Assembly: GCA_031972295.1 (NCBI GenBank)
Contig: DALYEZ010000001.1
Coordinates: forward strand, 57,759-121,758
Source: Minisyncoccota bacterium
GTDB lineage: Bacteria; Patescibacteriota; Minisyncoccia; Phycocordibacterales; UBA5272
Direction: 5' to 3'
Length of the DNA: 64,000 bases
Shown piece after piece: positions 30,006-38,538 of the stretch. A model generated the notes under the pieces. That model searched no databases. It saw nothing but the letters and a program-made list of their open reading frames with translations, and had not been told where the DNA came from. Positions within the stretch are counted from its first letter, which is position 1. Each line of letters opens with the position of its first letter. Position numbers and translations under genes: made by a program.

Positions 30006-30050
30006 TACTTGAACAAGTTCGTTCACATACAAGCACAAGGGGAATCCGAG

Positions 30051-30665
30051 ATGAACAAGCCACAGATCAAGAGTATTGGAGCCGGTTCCGTAACTGTTTC
30101 TGGTTTGACTCGAGAAGATGAGGAACTCTTCCAAGGACTCATCAACGGTCATCAACGCCTCAGTGTAGTTGATGGCAAGCTCGTTGCAACAGCTGTTCAT
30201 GAACCGCTGCCTGATCCAACTACGGATGAGGAGATGGCTCCATTCTGGCGTAGATGCGCACCGAATGAGGGAATACTGCAAGAAGAACTGTTCGATCGTG
30301 AGAACTATCAGAACAGCCTGTCACCATCCATCCTGATTCAGTCGTTGTGCGGATATGGTTATACACCTGAGGCTTACCGAAATCAATCGGAGCGTCTCAA
30401 GGGATATGGATTCGCGCAATTACGATCGCAACGCAGTCCCAGTGGTCAGTACTACGAGATCTGGTATTTGGCTGGTCTCTACCTTGCCCAAGGTGGCCTG
30501 GCGGAAGCTGTCGCCAAGTTCAAAAGCAACAACATGAACCTGAAAGACACCCAGGAGTACGCAAGGCGTTCGTTTAAAGCGGCCACAGACTTCTTGGCGG
30601 CGAATGTTCGCTTCGGAACTCTCGATGTGTCCGTCCAACGGTGGGCGATGTGCATGTCAGATTGA
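30051..30665 (+). CDS. hypothetical protein
   Basis: SD aagggga before ATG 30051 (30009 is a TTG). Confidence 0.4.
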   Translation: MNKPQIKSIGAGSVTVSGLTREDEELFQGLINGHQRLSVVDGKLVATAVHEPLPDPTTDEEMAPFWRRCAPNEGILQEELFDRENYQNSLSPSILIQSLCGYGYTPEAYRNQSERLKGYGFAQLRSQRSPSGQYYEIWYLAGLYLAQGGLAEAVAKFKSNNMNLKDTQEYARRSFKAATDFLAANVRFGTLDVSVQRWAMCMSD

Positions 30666-30682
30666 GGGTATCCAAATTTAGT

Positions 30683-30718
30683 CCGTCACGATGTTGTGGC
30701 GGACTTTTCTTTTTATAT
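30683..30718 (+). terminator. intrinsic terminator agtccgtcac...gtggcggact plus T-run
   Basis: seen in sequence. Confidence 0.45.
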
Positions 30719-30721
30719 TAG

Positions 30722-30752
30722 AAACAAAGTCTAGACATGACACAATGTTGCG
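30722..30752 (+). promoter_or_regulatory. TAGACA-N18-TATGAAT promoter
   Basis: shared architecture; leader homologous to the one upstream of 31491. Confidence 0.35.
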
Positions 30753-30797
30753 TGTTATGAATTATTTACTGTTCTTTAACCAACCAGGAGATTCCTG

Positions 30798-31337
30798 ATG
30801 AAAGCTCTCGTAGCAGCGATTTTCGTCATTTTGATGGTCATAGTAGTAAAGCCTCTCTCGCGGATGAATCCTCCAACGGGTGGACTCTTCATGGCTGTGG
30901 CTTTCATCCTCGTACTCATTCTGTTGGATAGAGCAGAAGAGCACTTCCATAAGAAAAAAGGAAAGAAGGAGAAACGTCCTCGAAAAACGATTTCTACGAT
31001 TTATCGCAACTATGAACCAGTGCTACGATGGTCCATTCAAGATAAGGATAAGGATACGGATTATGATCCGGACACAGCCGTTTTGTTCGATTCCGTCGTC
31101 GCAGTCGATGTGAGTTTCAAACAGTCAGTACATCTTCGAGATGGATGCGCTGTCGTCGCTGAATGTGCAGCGGCCAAGGGCAGTAACGATCCGATCAAGC
31201 TCGGTTGGGAACACCGAACCATGCGTCTGTTTTTTGAAGGAAGTTTTTTCGATAAGCAGGGACGGAGAGTTGTGGGATGCCGCAAACTCACCATGCTTTC
31301 CGACGGGAAGATGTACGCATCAGGCGTTCGCTACTAG
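30798..31337 (+). CDS. membrane protein, family A full length (2 TM, basic linker, conserved C-terminal domain)
   Basis: AGGAG SD; C-terminal domain homologous to the 31896 gene (AVDVxFxQS, AEC, GCxKLxxLxxGxxYAS). Confidence 0.5.
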   Translation: MKALVAAIFVILMVIVVKPLSRMNPPTGGLFMAVAFILVLILLDRAEEHFHKKKGKKEKRPRKTISTIYRNYEPVLRWSIQDKDKDTDYDPDTAVLFDSVVAVDVSFKQSVHLRDGCAVVAECAAAKGSNDPIKLGWEHRTMRLFFEGSFFDKQGRRVVGCRKLTMLSDGKMYASGVRY

Positions 31338-31347
31338 AAAGTTCATA

Positions 31348-31406
31348 GACGGGAGGGAAGAAATTCCTCCCGTCTCAAGCCACTCAATTGAGTGGCTTTT
31401 ATTTTT
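31348..31406 (+). terminator. two-hairpin terminator (gacgggagg...cctcccgtc, then agccactcaattgagtggct plus U-run)
   Basis: the same two-hairpin design follows the 31896 gene. Confidence 0.5.
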
Positions 31407-31490
31407 CATAACAGAATAGACATTCATAGACGAAATAGTATATTTGTGGTAATAATTATCCATTGTTCTTTAACAGAAATGGAGGTTTGC

Positions 31491-31650
31491 ATGAAAGCTC
31501 TTCTGTTCATCATCTTGTTGGCCACACTGGCAGCAACGCTTCTTTCAAGTGTCGAGTCTCTGTCAGCAAAGATCGGCATCATTGTGGTAATGATCGCCAC
31601 ACTTATTTTCTGCGATATATATTCGCGGAAGAAAAAAGGGGGTGGACTCT
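31491..31650 (+). CDS. small 2-TM protein resembling the N-terminal module of family A (MKAL..., ends RKKKGGGL)
   Basis: GGAGG SD; upstream leader (ttgttctttaac) and first codons (ATGAAAGCTCT) shared with the 30798 gene. Confidence 0.4.
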
Positions 31651-31834
31651 AATGAGATTCCTTGCACTCCTATTAATGGTTTGCGTGATTGGCCTCACGT
31701 CGATAGTGCTTCGAAAGGTTGATTTTGTACTAGCAAGAGCCGCCATCATTCTTTTTTCCATCATCGTATTCATTCTCCTCGAGAGATACATCTCTGGGGA
31801 AAGGAAGGTCCGAAGGAGAAAAAGAAGAAGGTAA
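31651..31834 (+). CDS. small 2-TM protein resembling the N-terminal module of family B (MRF..., poly-Arg tail)
   Basis: its ATG directly follows the preceding TAA (TAATGA junction). Confidence 0.35.
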
Positions 31835-31895
31835 ATGGCAAGCTTAATCCAATAGACATCGACCGTGTCGCGAAATGAAATAAGGAGAAATTCCG

Positions 31896-32420
31896 ATGAG
31901 ATTTGTTGCGATCCTTTTCTGGATTGGTTTGCTGATATACCTGCTTTTACAGCAGGATGCTGAAACGAACAAGGGTCTTGGTGTTATAGCAGTGATCCTG
32001 ATGGGGACTTTTCTCTGGTGGCTCATCCAAAAGAAAAAGGCACCTGAGCAGAAAGATACGATGCGTCGGGCAATTACGATAAGTGTCAATTACTTGGATC
32101 GAGAGTCGCCAATACGTTGGCTCCTCCACCACCAAGAATATCCCGAAACCGTCCAGGCTTTACGATCTGTCTTTGCGGTTGATGTACGTTTTCTGCAATC
32201 AAAGGACTACGAAGCTGGGTACATCTGTACCTTGATCGCCGAATGCTGGATTGCCATAGGCAATGAAATGCCTCCTTCGGTACTCGAAAATGTTCTTTTG
32301 TCTTTCGATCGTCGCACTGGTTTTTTTACCGATAGATCTGGGAAGATTGCTGTAAGCTGTGGCAAACTCTATCTTCTTCCGAATGGAAGCATCTACGCCT
32401 CGAGTATCCAGTACAAGTAA
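31896..32420 (+). CDS. membrane protein, family B full length, paralog of the 30798 gene
   Basis: AAGGAG SD; conserved C-terminal domain. Confidence 0.5.
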   Translation: MRFVAILFWIGLLIYLLLQQDAETNKGLGVIAVILMGTFLWWLIQKKKAPEQKDTMRRAITISVNYLDRESPIRWLLHHQEYPETVQALRSVFAVDVRFLQSKDYEAGYICTLIAECWIAIGNEMPPSVLENVLLSFDRRTGFFTDRSGKIAVSCGKLYLLPNGSIYASSIQYK

Positions 32421-32426
32421 TTTCAT

Positions 32427-32482
32427 CAGATGAAAGAACAGGGAGTTCTTTCATCTGAAGCCGCTCAATTGGGCGGTTTTTT
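32427..32482 (+). terminator. two-hairpin terminator (cagatgaaagaac...gttctttcatctg, then gccgctcaattgggcgg plus U6)
   Basis: 13-bp stem then a second hairpin with the same caattg loop as at 31378. Confidence 0.5.
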
Positions 32483-32499
32483 GTTGTAAATATTTTCCA

Positions 32500-32530
32500 T
32501 AGACAGAAATATACAGTCGTGGTACGAATG
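32500..32530 (+). promoter_or_regulatory. TAGACA-N18-TACGAAT promoter
   Basis: seen in sequence. Confidence 0.35.
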
Positions 32531-32564
32531 AGGAGTTGCACAAATACAACCAGAGGAGAACAAC

Positions 32565-33287
32565 ATGTCAGGTTACATAAGCAGTGCTGTGGAACAAGGT
32601 GACAGGGAATATCAACAAGACCGAGATTTCATCAAGGTGGCAGAAGGATATTCTATTCTTGCCGTCATGGATGGTCACGGCGAGAGAGGGTCGGAGATAG
32701 CGGAGTTCTGCAAGGTAGCCATCGGCGAGATTCTCGCAAACGAGGGGTACGCTTCAGATCCGGAAGAAGTGATCGGAAAGATCTTTACTGAACTCCTCGA
32801 GAAAGCCCCGTACCAGCACGATGGCGGCACAACACTTTCAATCGCCTGGATCAAGGAAGACAAAGCGGTCATCGGTGTGCTCGGCGATTCGCCGGTGCTG
32901 GTTGTGGACAAGTCTGGGCGGTGGTACAAGAGTCCTCTCCACAACACTTCAAACCAAGCAGAAAAGGATGCTGTTTTGGCAAAGGGTGGAAAGGTCGTCA
33001 CCAAGAACAACTGTCTGTACTTCCATGACCCCATGCATTACGGCGAGTACATCCAACTCAGCCGTGCAATCGGCGACAAAGTGTTCCAGGACATTCTCTT
33101 GCGAGAACCTGATATCTACACTGTCCCGAACCCCAAGTATGTTCTGGTTTCAAGCGACGGACTCCGCAGAGCAATCGCTGTAACCGTAAAAGACGACTCG
33201 ACCGCAGAAGGTCTCATGGAAGAAGCCAGGAAGTATGCCGGCGGGTTGTGGGACAATACCACGGTTCTTTTGTGGAAAAGTGCGTGA
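32565..33287 (+). CDS. PP2C-family (PPM) Ser/Thr protein phosphatase
   Basis: YQQDRDF...AVMDGHGERG...GDSPV...SDGL motifs. Confidence 0.75.
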   Translation: MSGYISSAVEQGDREYQQDRDFIKVAEGYSILAVMDGHGERGSEIAEFCKVAIGEILANEGYASDPEEVIGKIFTELLEKAPYQHDGGTTLSIAWIKEDKAVIGVLGDSPVLVVDKSGRWYKSPLHNTSNQAEKDAVLAKGGKVVTKNNCLYFHDPMHYGEYIQLSRAIGDKVFQDILLREPDIYTVPNPKYVLVSSDGLRRAIAVTVKDDSTAEGLMEEARKYAGGLWDNTTVLLWKSA

Positions 33288-33445
33288 GGCAAATAACGCA
33301 AACCATCTACCCTTAGAGAGGCCGATACACTGGTCTCTCAAGGGAGGTGGTTTTTTATTTTTATTAGAGGATAGAGATAAAAATTTTATACGCTATACTT
33401 TGAAATATGCAAATTACTAAGCTTGGAAATTGAAATACAATAAAT

Positions 33446-33904
33446 ATGAACCACTGGCTCATTAAAAGCGAACCTGATTGCTATTCCATAGACGATCTTA
33501 AGAAAGACAAGAAAATTCCTTGGAATGGCGTACGAAACTACCAAGCTCGTAACTATATGCGAGACCATATGAAAGTAGGGGATGTAGCCCTCTTTTATCA
33601 CTCAAGCACTAAACTAACAGGAGTATATGGTGTAGCAAAAGTTGTAAGTAAACCTCACGCTGATGTAAGTGCCACAGATCCGAAGGACGAACACTTCGAT
33701 CCGAAATCAACAAAAGAAAAACCAATTTGGGAATGTGTGGACTTTGCGTTTGTTAAAAAACTTCCACGAGCAGTATCGTTGGAGGAAATAAAGAGGGATC
33801 ATAAACTAGGAGGGATTATGGTTGCACAAAGAGGATCACGACTTTCAATCCAACCAGTAAGTAAAGCTCATTTCGATAGGATCATTGATTTGGGAAATAA
33901 GTAA
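33446..33904 (+). CDS. EVE (PUA-like) domain protein
   Basis: MNHWLIKSEPDCYSIDDL...WNGVRNYQARNYMR...GDVALFYHS typical of the EVE family. Confidence 0.7.
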   Translation: MNHWLIKSEPDCYSIDDLKKDKKIPWNGVRNYQARNYMRDHMKVGDVALFYHSSTKLTGVYGVAKVVSKPHADVSATDPKDEHFDPKSTKEKPIWECVDFAFVKKLPRAVSLEEIKRDHKLGGIMVAQRGSRLSIQPVSKAHFDRIIDLGNK

Positions 33905-34439
33905 GATGTACACCGTAAAGATAAATCCTAAATCACGGTATCTTCGTATTCGCATCAAACCAGGTGGCGAAGTACTGGTAACCGTACCTAAAAATGTAAA
34001 CTCATCGGTAGTAGCTAAATTCCTGCAAGATAAACACGATTGGATAGAGAAGAAGGTAAAATTGATGGAGCAATATTCAAAAATTCCAAAGGTTACATTA
34101 TCGAGAAAAGAAATTACCGCACTTAAAACAAAAGCACTGACATTTATAGAAGAACGTCTTCTATACTTCAATACAAAATACGGATACGAGTGGAATACAA
34201 TTACAATACGACAGCAGAAATCACGATGGGGAAGCTGCTCTAAGAAAGGCAATTTGAACTTTAATTACAAGATAGCATTACTGCCAGAACATCTCGCAGA
34301 CTATATTGTTGTTCATGAACTCTGCCACCTTGGAGAATTTAATCACTCAGATAGATTCTGGACACTTGTTGCTCGCACCATTCCAGATTATAGAGAAAAA
34401 AGAAAAGAACTTAGAGAGAAAGGAGTGGTGTTTCAATAA
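33885..34439 (+). CDS. DUF45 / YgjP-like zinc metallopeptidase-fold protein
   Basis: WGSCS...YIVVHELCHL (HExxH) as in YgjP. Confidence 0.7.
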   Translation: MIWEISKMYTVKINPKSRYLRIRIKPGGEVLVTVPKNVNSSVVAKFLQDKHDWIEKKVKLMEQYSKIPKVTLSRKEITALKTKALTFIEERLLYFNTKYGYEWNTITIRQQKSRWGSCSKKGNLNFNYKIALLPEHLADYIVVHELCHLGEFNHSDRFWTLVARTIPDYREKRKELREKGVVFQ

Positions 34440-34454
34440 AATTTCGTTTCTGTT

Positions 34455-34982
34455 TTGAGTCCAATTTTGTTATATTGTTTTAAAGATCGTAATCAACTTA
34501 CATCCATAATGACCTCAGGAAATAATTTTACAAGCAAACAAGAGTCTGGAAGTAGTAAAGAGTTACAGAAAGCGATGTATAGTCAGTGGTTTTTTATCCC
34601 ACTAACTCTTGCTGGGATTATTGGATTAATCTCAGGAGATTTTTTGCTCGGAATTGTTGTGTTCTTTATACTCACCATTTCTGAAACCGTTCATGTATAC
34701 CTTCCTTATGCAAATGATAATCCACAAAAGCTTTGGTTTAAACGAAAGATGTATGGATGGGGATGGGTACCTGTTACTTGGCAAGGATGGTCTGCAACGA
34801 CACTTTATAGTGCTGTTTTAGTATATTTTACTGTTACCCTCCCTCAAAGGCCTTCCGCACACGAAATAGTTTTTAACCTCCTTTTTCCAATAATCATTGT
34901 GACCCTGATGTTTATTTACCTTGCCTACAAAAAAGGCGAACGTCCAAAATGGCAATGGGGTATTAAAAATAATAATTTCTAA
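34455..34982 (+). CDS. hypothetical multi-pass membrane protein
   Basis: hydrophobic helices. Confidence 0.35.
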   Translation: MSPILLYCFKDRNQLTSIMTSGNNFTSKQESGSSKELQKAMYSQWFFIPLTLAGIIGLISGDFLLGIVVFFILTISETVHVYLPYANDNPQKLWFKRKMYGWGWVPVTWQGWSATTLYSAVLVYFTVTLPQRPSAHEIVFNLLFPIIIVTLMFIYLAYKKGERPKWQWGIKNNNF

Positions 34983-34987
34983 GGCTT

Positions 34988-36658
34988 TTACTTTTTTGTG
35001 ATCAGCGAAGCACGAACTAATCGAATATCTTCAAAAGAAGTTTCAACTTTTTTAGATTTACACAGTTGTATAATTTCTGTCAGTTTTGCCTCAGGATTTT
35101 TTGTAATAATACTAGAAATCATTTTGTGATGGGGGATAGGAGTCGCTAAATATTTTATCTTGAGGTCCGCCCCTTCTTTTAGTAAATCCTCAATATGAGA
35201 AATAATTGTTCCCGGAGTTAAATCTCTTTTTTCTGCAATTTCTTGCAAAGACAATTTTTCTTCAAGATATTTTTTTGTAATCATTCGCGTAGGGACTTTT
35301 TCTTCGTGTTCACTCTCAGATTCTTCTTGCTCTTCAATACTGCCATAGGCACGAGTAATAAAAGCCTCGTGGAGCTTTATAAGCTCAACTGCAGAATATT
35401 TTTCTAATGCGTTTTGAGCCCGAATAGATTTCGCGTGGAGCTCTTTATCAAGCATTAAAATTTCTGGATGCATGAGGAGTGCGTCATCATGAAAACCTAG
35501 AAGCTCAACACCTTCTATGGTCCGCACACGAGAAAGGGCAACATAACCCATTCCGAACGTAAATGTCTTTGAGAGGTCAATCTGAGCAGCGTCAAGCGTC
35601 ATTCCTTGTGACTTGTGCACAGTAATAGCCCAGGCATATCGAAGAGGAATTTGTTTTATTTCCGCCTTCACCTTTCCATCTTCTTCTATCCTCCAAGCAT
35701 CTTCTGTGACCGTTAATTCTGCGCCCGAGACTGTTTTTACGACAGGGAAGCCAAGATTGGTAAACTTTATAACAACCCCGAGTGTACCGTTATTATATCG
35801 CTTTCCTTGATCATTTTTTACAAACATAACCCTAGTTCCAACTTTAAGTTTCAGAGTCTCTGGCGCAAGACAACTTTGTATCAAACTATCAACAAGATTT
35901 GCTTTACCTTTTGTCTTCATCTCAAAAACTTTTTCTTCATCAGATATTTGTGCGTACTCAGTATTATTAATACGGTCAACATCTTCATTATGTGTGTATA
36001 GTTTGGTATGTGTAATATGAGCAACACTTTTTTTTGTCGAGCCCACAAGCGTACGTTTTAAATTATCTTCCAGGGTGCCAGAACGCATATCTCGCAAAAC
36101 CAAAGAAAGATTGTCTCCGGTATGACGATACTCAGTAGTCAGATAACAAACAACAGGATTTAGTTTTTTCCAAACTTTCGCATTAAATGCAAAATCATTC
36201 ACGCTCACTTCTTTATTTCTACTAACAGGAGGGAGTTGGAAGAAGTCTCCACAAAACACCACTTGCATTCCTCCAAATGGGCGACTGTCTTTACGAATAG
36301 TTCGTGCAACCAAATCAACCATATCAAGCCGATGAGCGTGGAGCATCGATATTTCATCAATAACAAGCACCTGAGTGCCTTTGTAGCGCGTATATAAATT
36401 TTTCTTTTGCTCTAACTCATCTAAATCATATTCAGTAAGTCGATCTTTGATTCCAATTCCGGACCAAGAGTGAAGTGTTACTCCTCCTATGTGCGTTGCT
36501 GCAATACCAGTAGAAGCAGTTATGGCCGCTGAAATAACATGAGACTTAAGCCATTTAATATATTCATTAAGCACGTATGTTTTACCTGCACCAGCTCCGC
36601 CAGTAAGAAATACAGAGTGTCCTAGTTTTAGAATAGCGAGAGCATCTTCCTGAGTCAT
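34988..36658 (-). CDS. PIF1/RecD-family ATP-dependent DNA helicase with C-terminal HTH-like domain
   Basis: Walker A GGAGAGKT, Walker B VLVIDEISML, ITVHKSQG motif. Confidence 0.8.
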   Translation of the reverse strand: MTQEDALAILKLGHSVFLTGGAGAGKTYVLNEYIKWLKSHVISAAITASTGIAATHIGGVTLHSWSGIGIKDRLTEYDLDELEQKKNLYTRYKGTQVLVIDEISMLHAHRLDMVDLVARTIRKDSRPFGGMQVVFCGDFFQLPPVSRNKEVSVNDFAFNAKVWKKLNPVVCYLTTEYRHTGDNLSLVLRDMRSGTLEDNLKRTLVGSTKKSVAHITHTKLYTHNEDVDRINNTEYAQISDEEKVFEMKTKGKANLVDSLIQSCLAPETLKLKVGTRVMFVKNDQGKRYNNGTLGVVIKFTNLGFPVVKTVSGAELTVTEDAWRIEEDGKVKAEIKQIPLRYAWAITVHKSQGMTLDAAQIDLSKTFTFGMGYVALSRVRTIEGVELLGFHDDALLMHPEILMLDKELHAKSIRAQNALEKYSAVELIKLHEAFITRAYGSIEEQEESESEHEEKVPTRMITKKYLEEKLSLQEIAEKRDLTPGTIISHIEDLLKEGADLKIKYLATPIPHHKMISSIITKNPEAKLTEIIQLCKSKKVETSFEDIRLVRASLITKK

Positions 36659-36697
36659 TGTGTTTCAAGTATACCGGTTTATATTCAGGAGAGGTAT

Positions 36698-36726
36698 TTG
36701 ACAATTATTTACTGTTTTGAGATTAT
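36698..36726 (+). promoter_or_regulatory. TTGACA-N18-ATTATA promoter for the GC-rich mini-gene
   Basis: seen in sequence. Confidence 0.35.
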
Positions 36727-36778
36727 ATTGATGCGTCCTCGGGATTCCCAGGCGCATCCCTCAGAAGAAAGAGGTGGA

Positions 36779-36943
36779 CAATGAAGAAGAGTTTCCAGCA
36801 GATGACCCAGCTCGTGCGCCGCAGCGTTGGCCGCGATTCCTCCACCCGGACCAACTCCACGGAGGTGACCGGCAACTCCGGCGACCGTGCAGCGAACCAG
36901 AATGAAAGTGCCGGCGCAGTCATTGCCGGCGTCGCGGGATAAG
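36779..36943 (+). CDS. 54-codon GC-rich small ORF (MKKSFQQMTQLVRR...AGAVIAGVAG)
   Basis: GAGGTGG SD 7 nt upstream; own promoter and terminator; about 60% GC against about 40% flanks. Confidence 0.3.
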
Positions 36944-36956
36944 TAGCCCACGAAAA

Positions 36957-36990
36957 CCAACCCTCCAACAAAACATCGTTGGAGGGTTCA
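36957..36990 (+). terminator. intrinsic terminator aaccctccaac-aaaacatc-gttggagggtt plus T-run
   Basis: 11-bp stem. Confidence 0.5.
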
Positions 36991-37070
36991 TTATTTTTAT
37001 AGAGTGGATTAAGATATTTGCATTAATTAATTTCTATGATAAAAATTAATTACCTCCGTTTGGGAGAAAT

Positions 37071-37328
37071 GTGATGAAAGCGTCGCAAGCGGGTTTTGGA
37101 TCACTCGGTCTATTCCAAGATCCATCTGAAACCTTAGCAGGACAGGGGATTAAGCTAGATCCTTCATTCGTGCATCTTTTGACATGTGCCGTGTGTCAAA
37201 AGGAACAACAAAATCGGTACGGAAGACATACGCATTACCCGTCACAAACTGAAGAAGCAACCTGTTGCCGGGAATGCGAAAAACGTTATGTGGAAGGAAA
37301 ATATTCCACCCGAATCATCGCTAACTAG
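37071..37328 (+). CDS. small Cys-rich (zinc-ribbon-like) protein
   Basis: CAVC ... CCREC spacing. Confidence 0.35.
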   Translation: MMKASQAGFGSLGLFQDPSETLAGQGIKLDPSFVHLLTCAVCQKEQQNRYGRHTHYPSQTEEATCCRECEKRYVEGKYSTRIIAN

Positions 37329-37452
37329 GGAAGTGTCTCATAAAAGCCCCGTTAAAATATTTTACTAACCCAAAGTGTGGTTCAAAGTAAGATAAGACGG
37401 GGCTTCGTTAATTTAATATAATGTCGCACAATATATCTTTTGCGACGTATAT

Positions 37453-37983
37453 ATGATTGAAACCATGAGGGGTATACTGGATCGAATGCTTACATATTTA
37501 CAGCGCTGGAAAGTTGTTAATGCCCTCTATCATCTATCCAGAAGCCGTGACTTACAAATCTGGCTACCTGAACATGATCTCTGTGCTTGGATTTCTGGTA
37601 GCAATATGCGTACGCATGCTGGTCCAGATACTTTTTTTCAAAAACTAAAATTCAGGTGGTGGTATTTTTTCTTTCGAGTTAGTAATCATGATCAGTTATA
37701 TCAAAAGATACGTAACGTAGTTCATCAATGTGAAAGGATCAACTGGATTGAGCGAACCAAAGGAGATGACAAAATTTCTGATTATATAGCCCTATCTTGG
37801 CGTGGTGAAGAAGTTTACCCGATCTCACATTTAATATTTGGGGTTTACTATGCAAGAACTATCTGGACAGGAGTTATGGTTGGTCTTCTTGTATGGTTTA
37901 CAATAGTTCAAGTAGAAAAGATTATTCCTAGAGAACCACAAAGAGTTCAAATAGAGATTATACAGCCTCAGATTAAACCTTAA
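37453..37983 (+). CDS. hypothetical protein
   Basis: ORF; C-terminal TM. Confidence 0.35.
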   Translation: MIETMRGILDRMLTYLQRWKVVNALYHLSRSRDLQIWLPEHDLCAWISGSNMRTHAGPDTFFQKLKFRWWYFFFRVSNHDQLYQKIRNVVHQCERINWIERTKGDDKISDYIALSWRGEEVYPISHLIFGVYYARTIWTGVMVGLLVWFTIVQVEKIIPREPQRVQIEIIQPQIKP

Positions 37984-38064
37984 TTAGAGGGGATTCGCTT
38001 CCCTGTTTTAGTAAAAGAAAAAACGACACTTGAACGTCGCAATTTCTAATCCAGTTATCCTTTT

Positions 38065-38466
38065 CTAAAATGATTTCTCAAAAAGATTATCTAGACAAAG
38101 AATATATTCTCTGAAGAAATCAAAATCCAACTCACCATCTTCTCCAGAATACTCTTCTTCACATTGAGCATGGGTTTTCTTTACATCATTTTTGTATTGG
38201 ATGTAACAAGCCTCTCCTGGTGCATCATATCTCCATCCAGTTACGTTATTCCATTTTGTGGACTCTTGTTTGTAAATAGTGAGACATGCCTCTTTTTGTT
38301 GAGCATCAAACTCTCTTTTTTCTGAGTTTTCCCGTGCATAATATTCTCTATTTGCAAGATCTGTCTTAGCTGCTAAATAGTTACTCACTATAACTGCAAT
38401 TGATACCAAAAAAATAACGACAACAATCTTAAACCAATTATTACTGATCAGATTTTTAATGTGCAT
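38065..38466 (-). CDS. hypothetical membrane-anchored Cys-containing protein
   Basis: N-terminal TM. Confidence 0.35.
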   Translation of the reverse strand: MHIKNLISNNWFKIVVVIFLVSIAVIVSNYLAAKTDLANREYYARENSEKREFDAQQKEACLTIYKQESTKWNNVTGWRYDAPGEACYIQYKNDVKKTHAQCEEEYSGEDGELDFDFFREYILCLDNLFEKSF

Positions 38467-38538
38467 ATTAATTTATATTATTAAAATAATATCACACACC
38501 CTTATTTCCCATCCCTCGTCAAATTCCCCACTCTTCCA

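Noticed and set aside
35613-36001. Plus-strand ORFs inside the PIF1 helicase gene
   Set aside because: Antisense to a well-supported helicase, with low-complexity translation.
36704-36721. 13-nt identity (attatttactgtt) between the mini-gene promoter spacer and the leader of the 30798 gene
   Set aside because: AT-rich, short, and in different functional positions (spacer versus 5'UTR). Likely coincidence.
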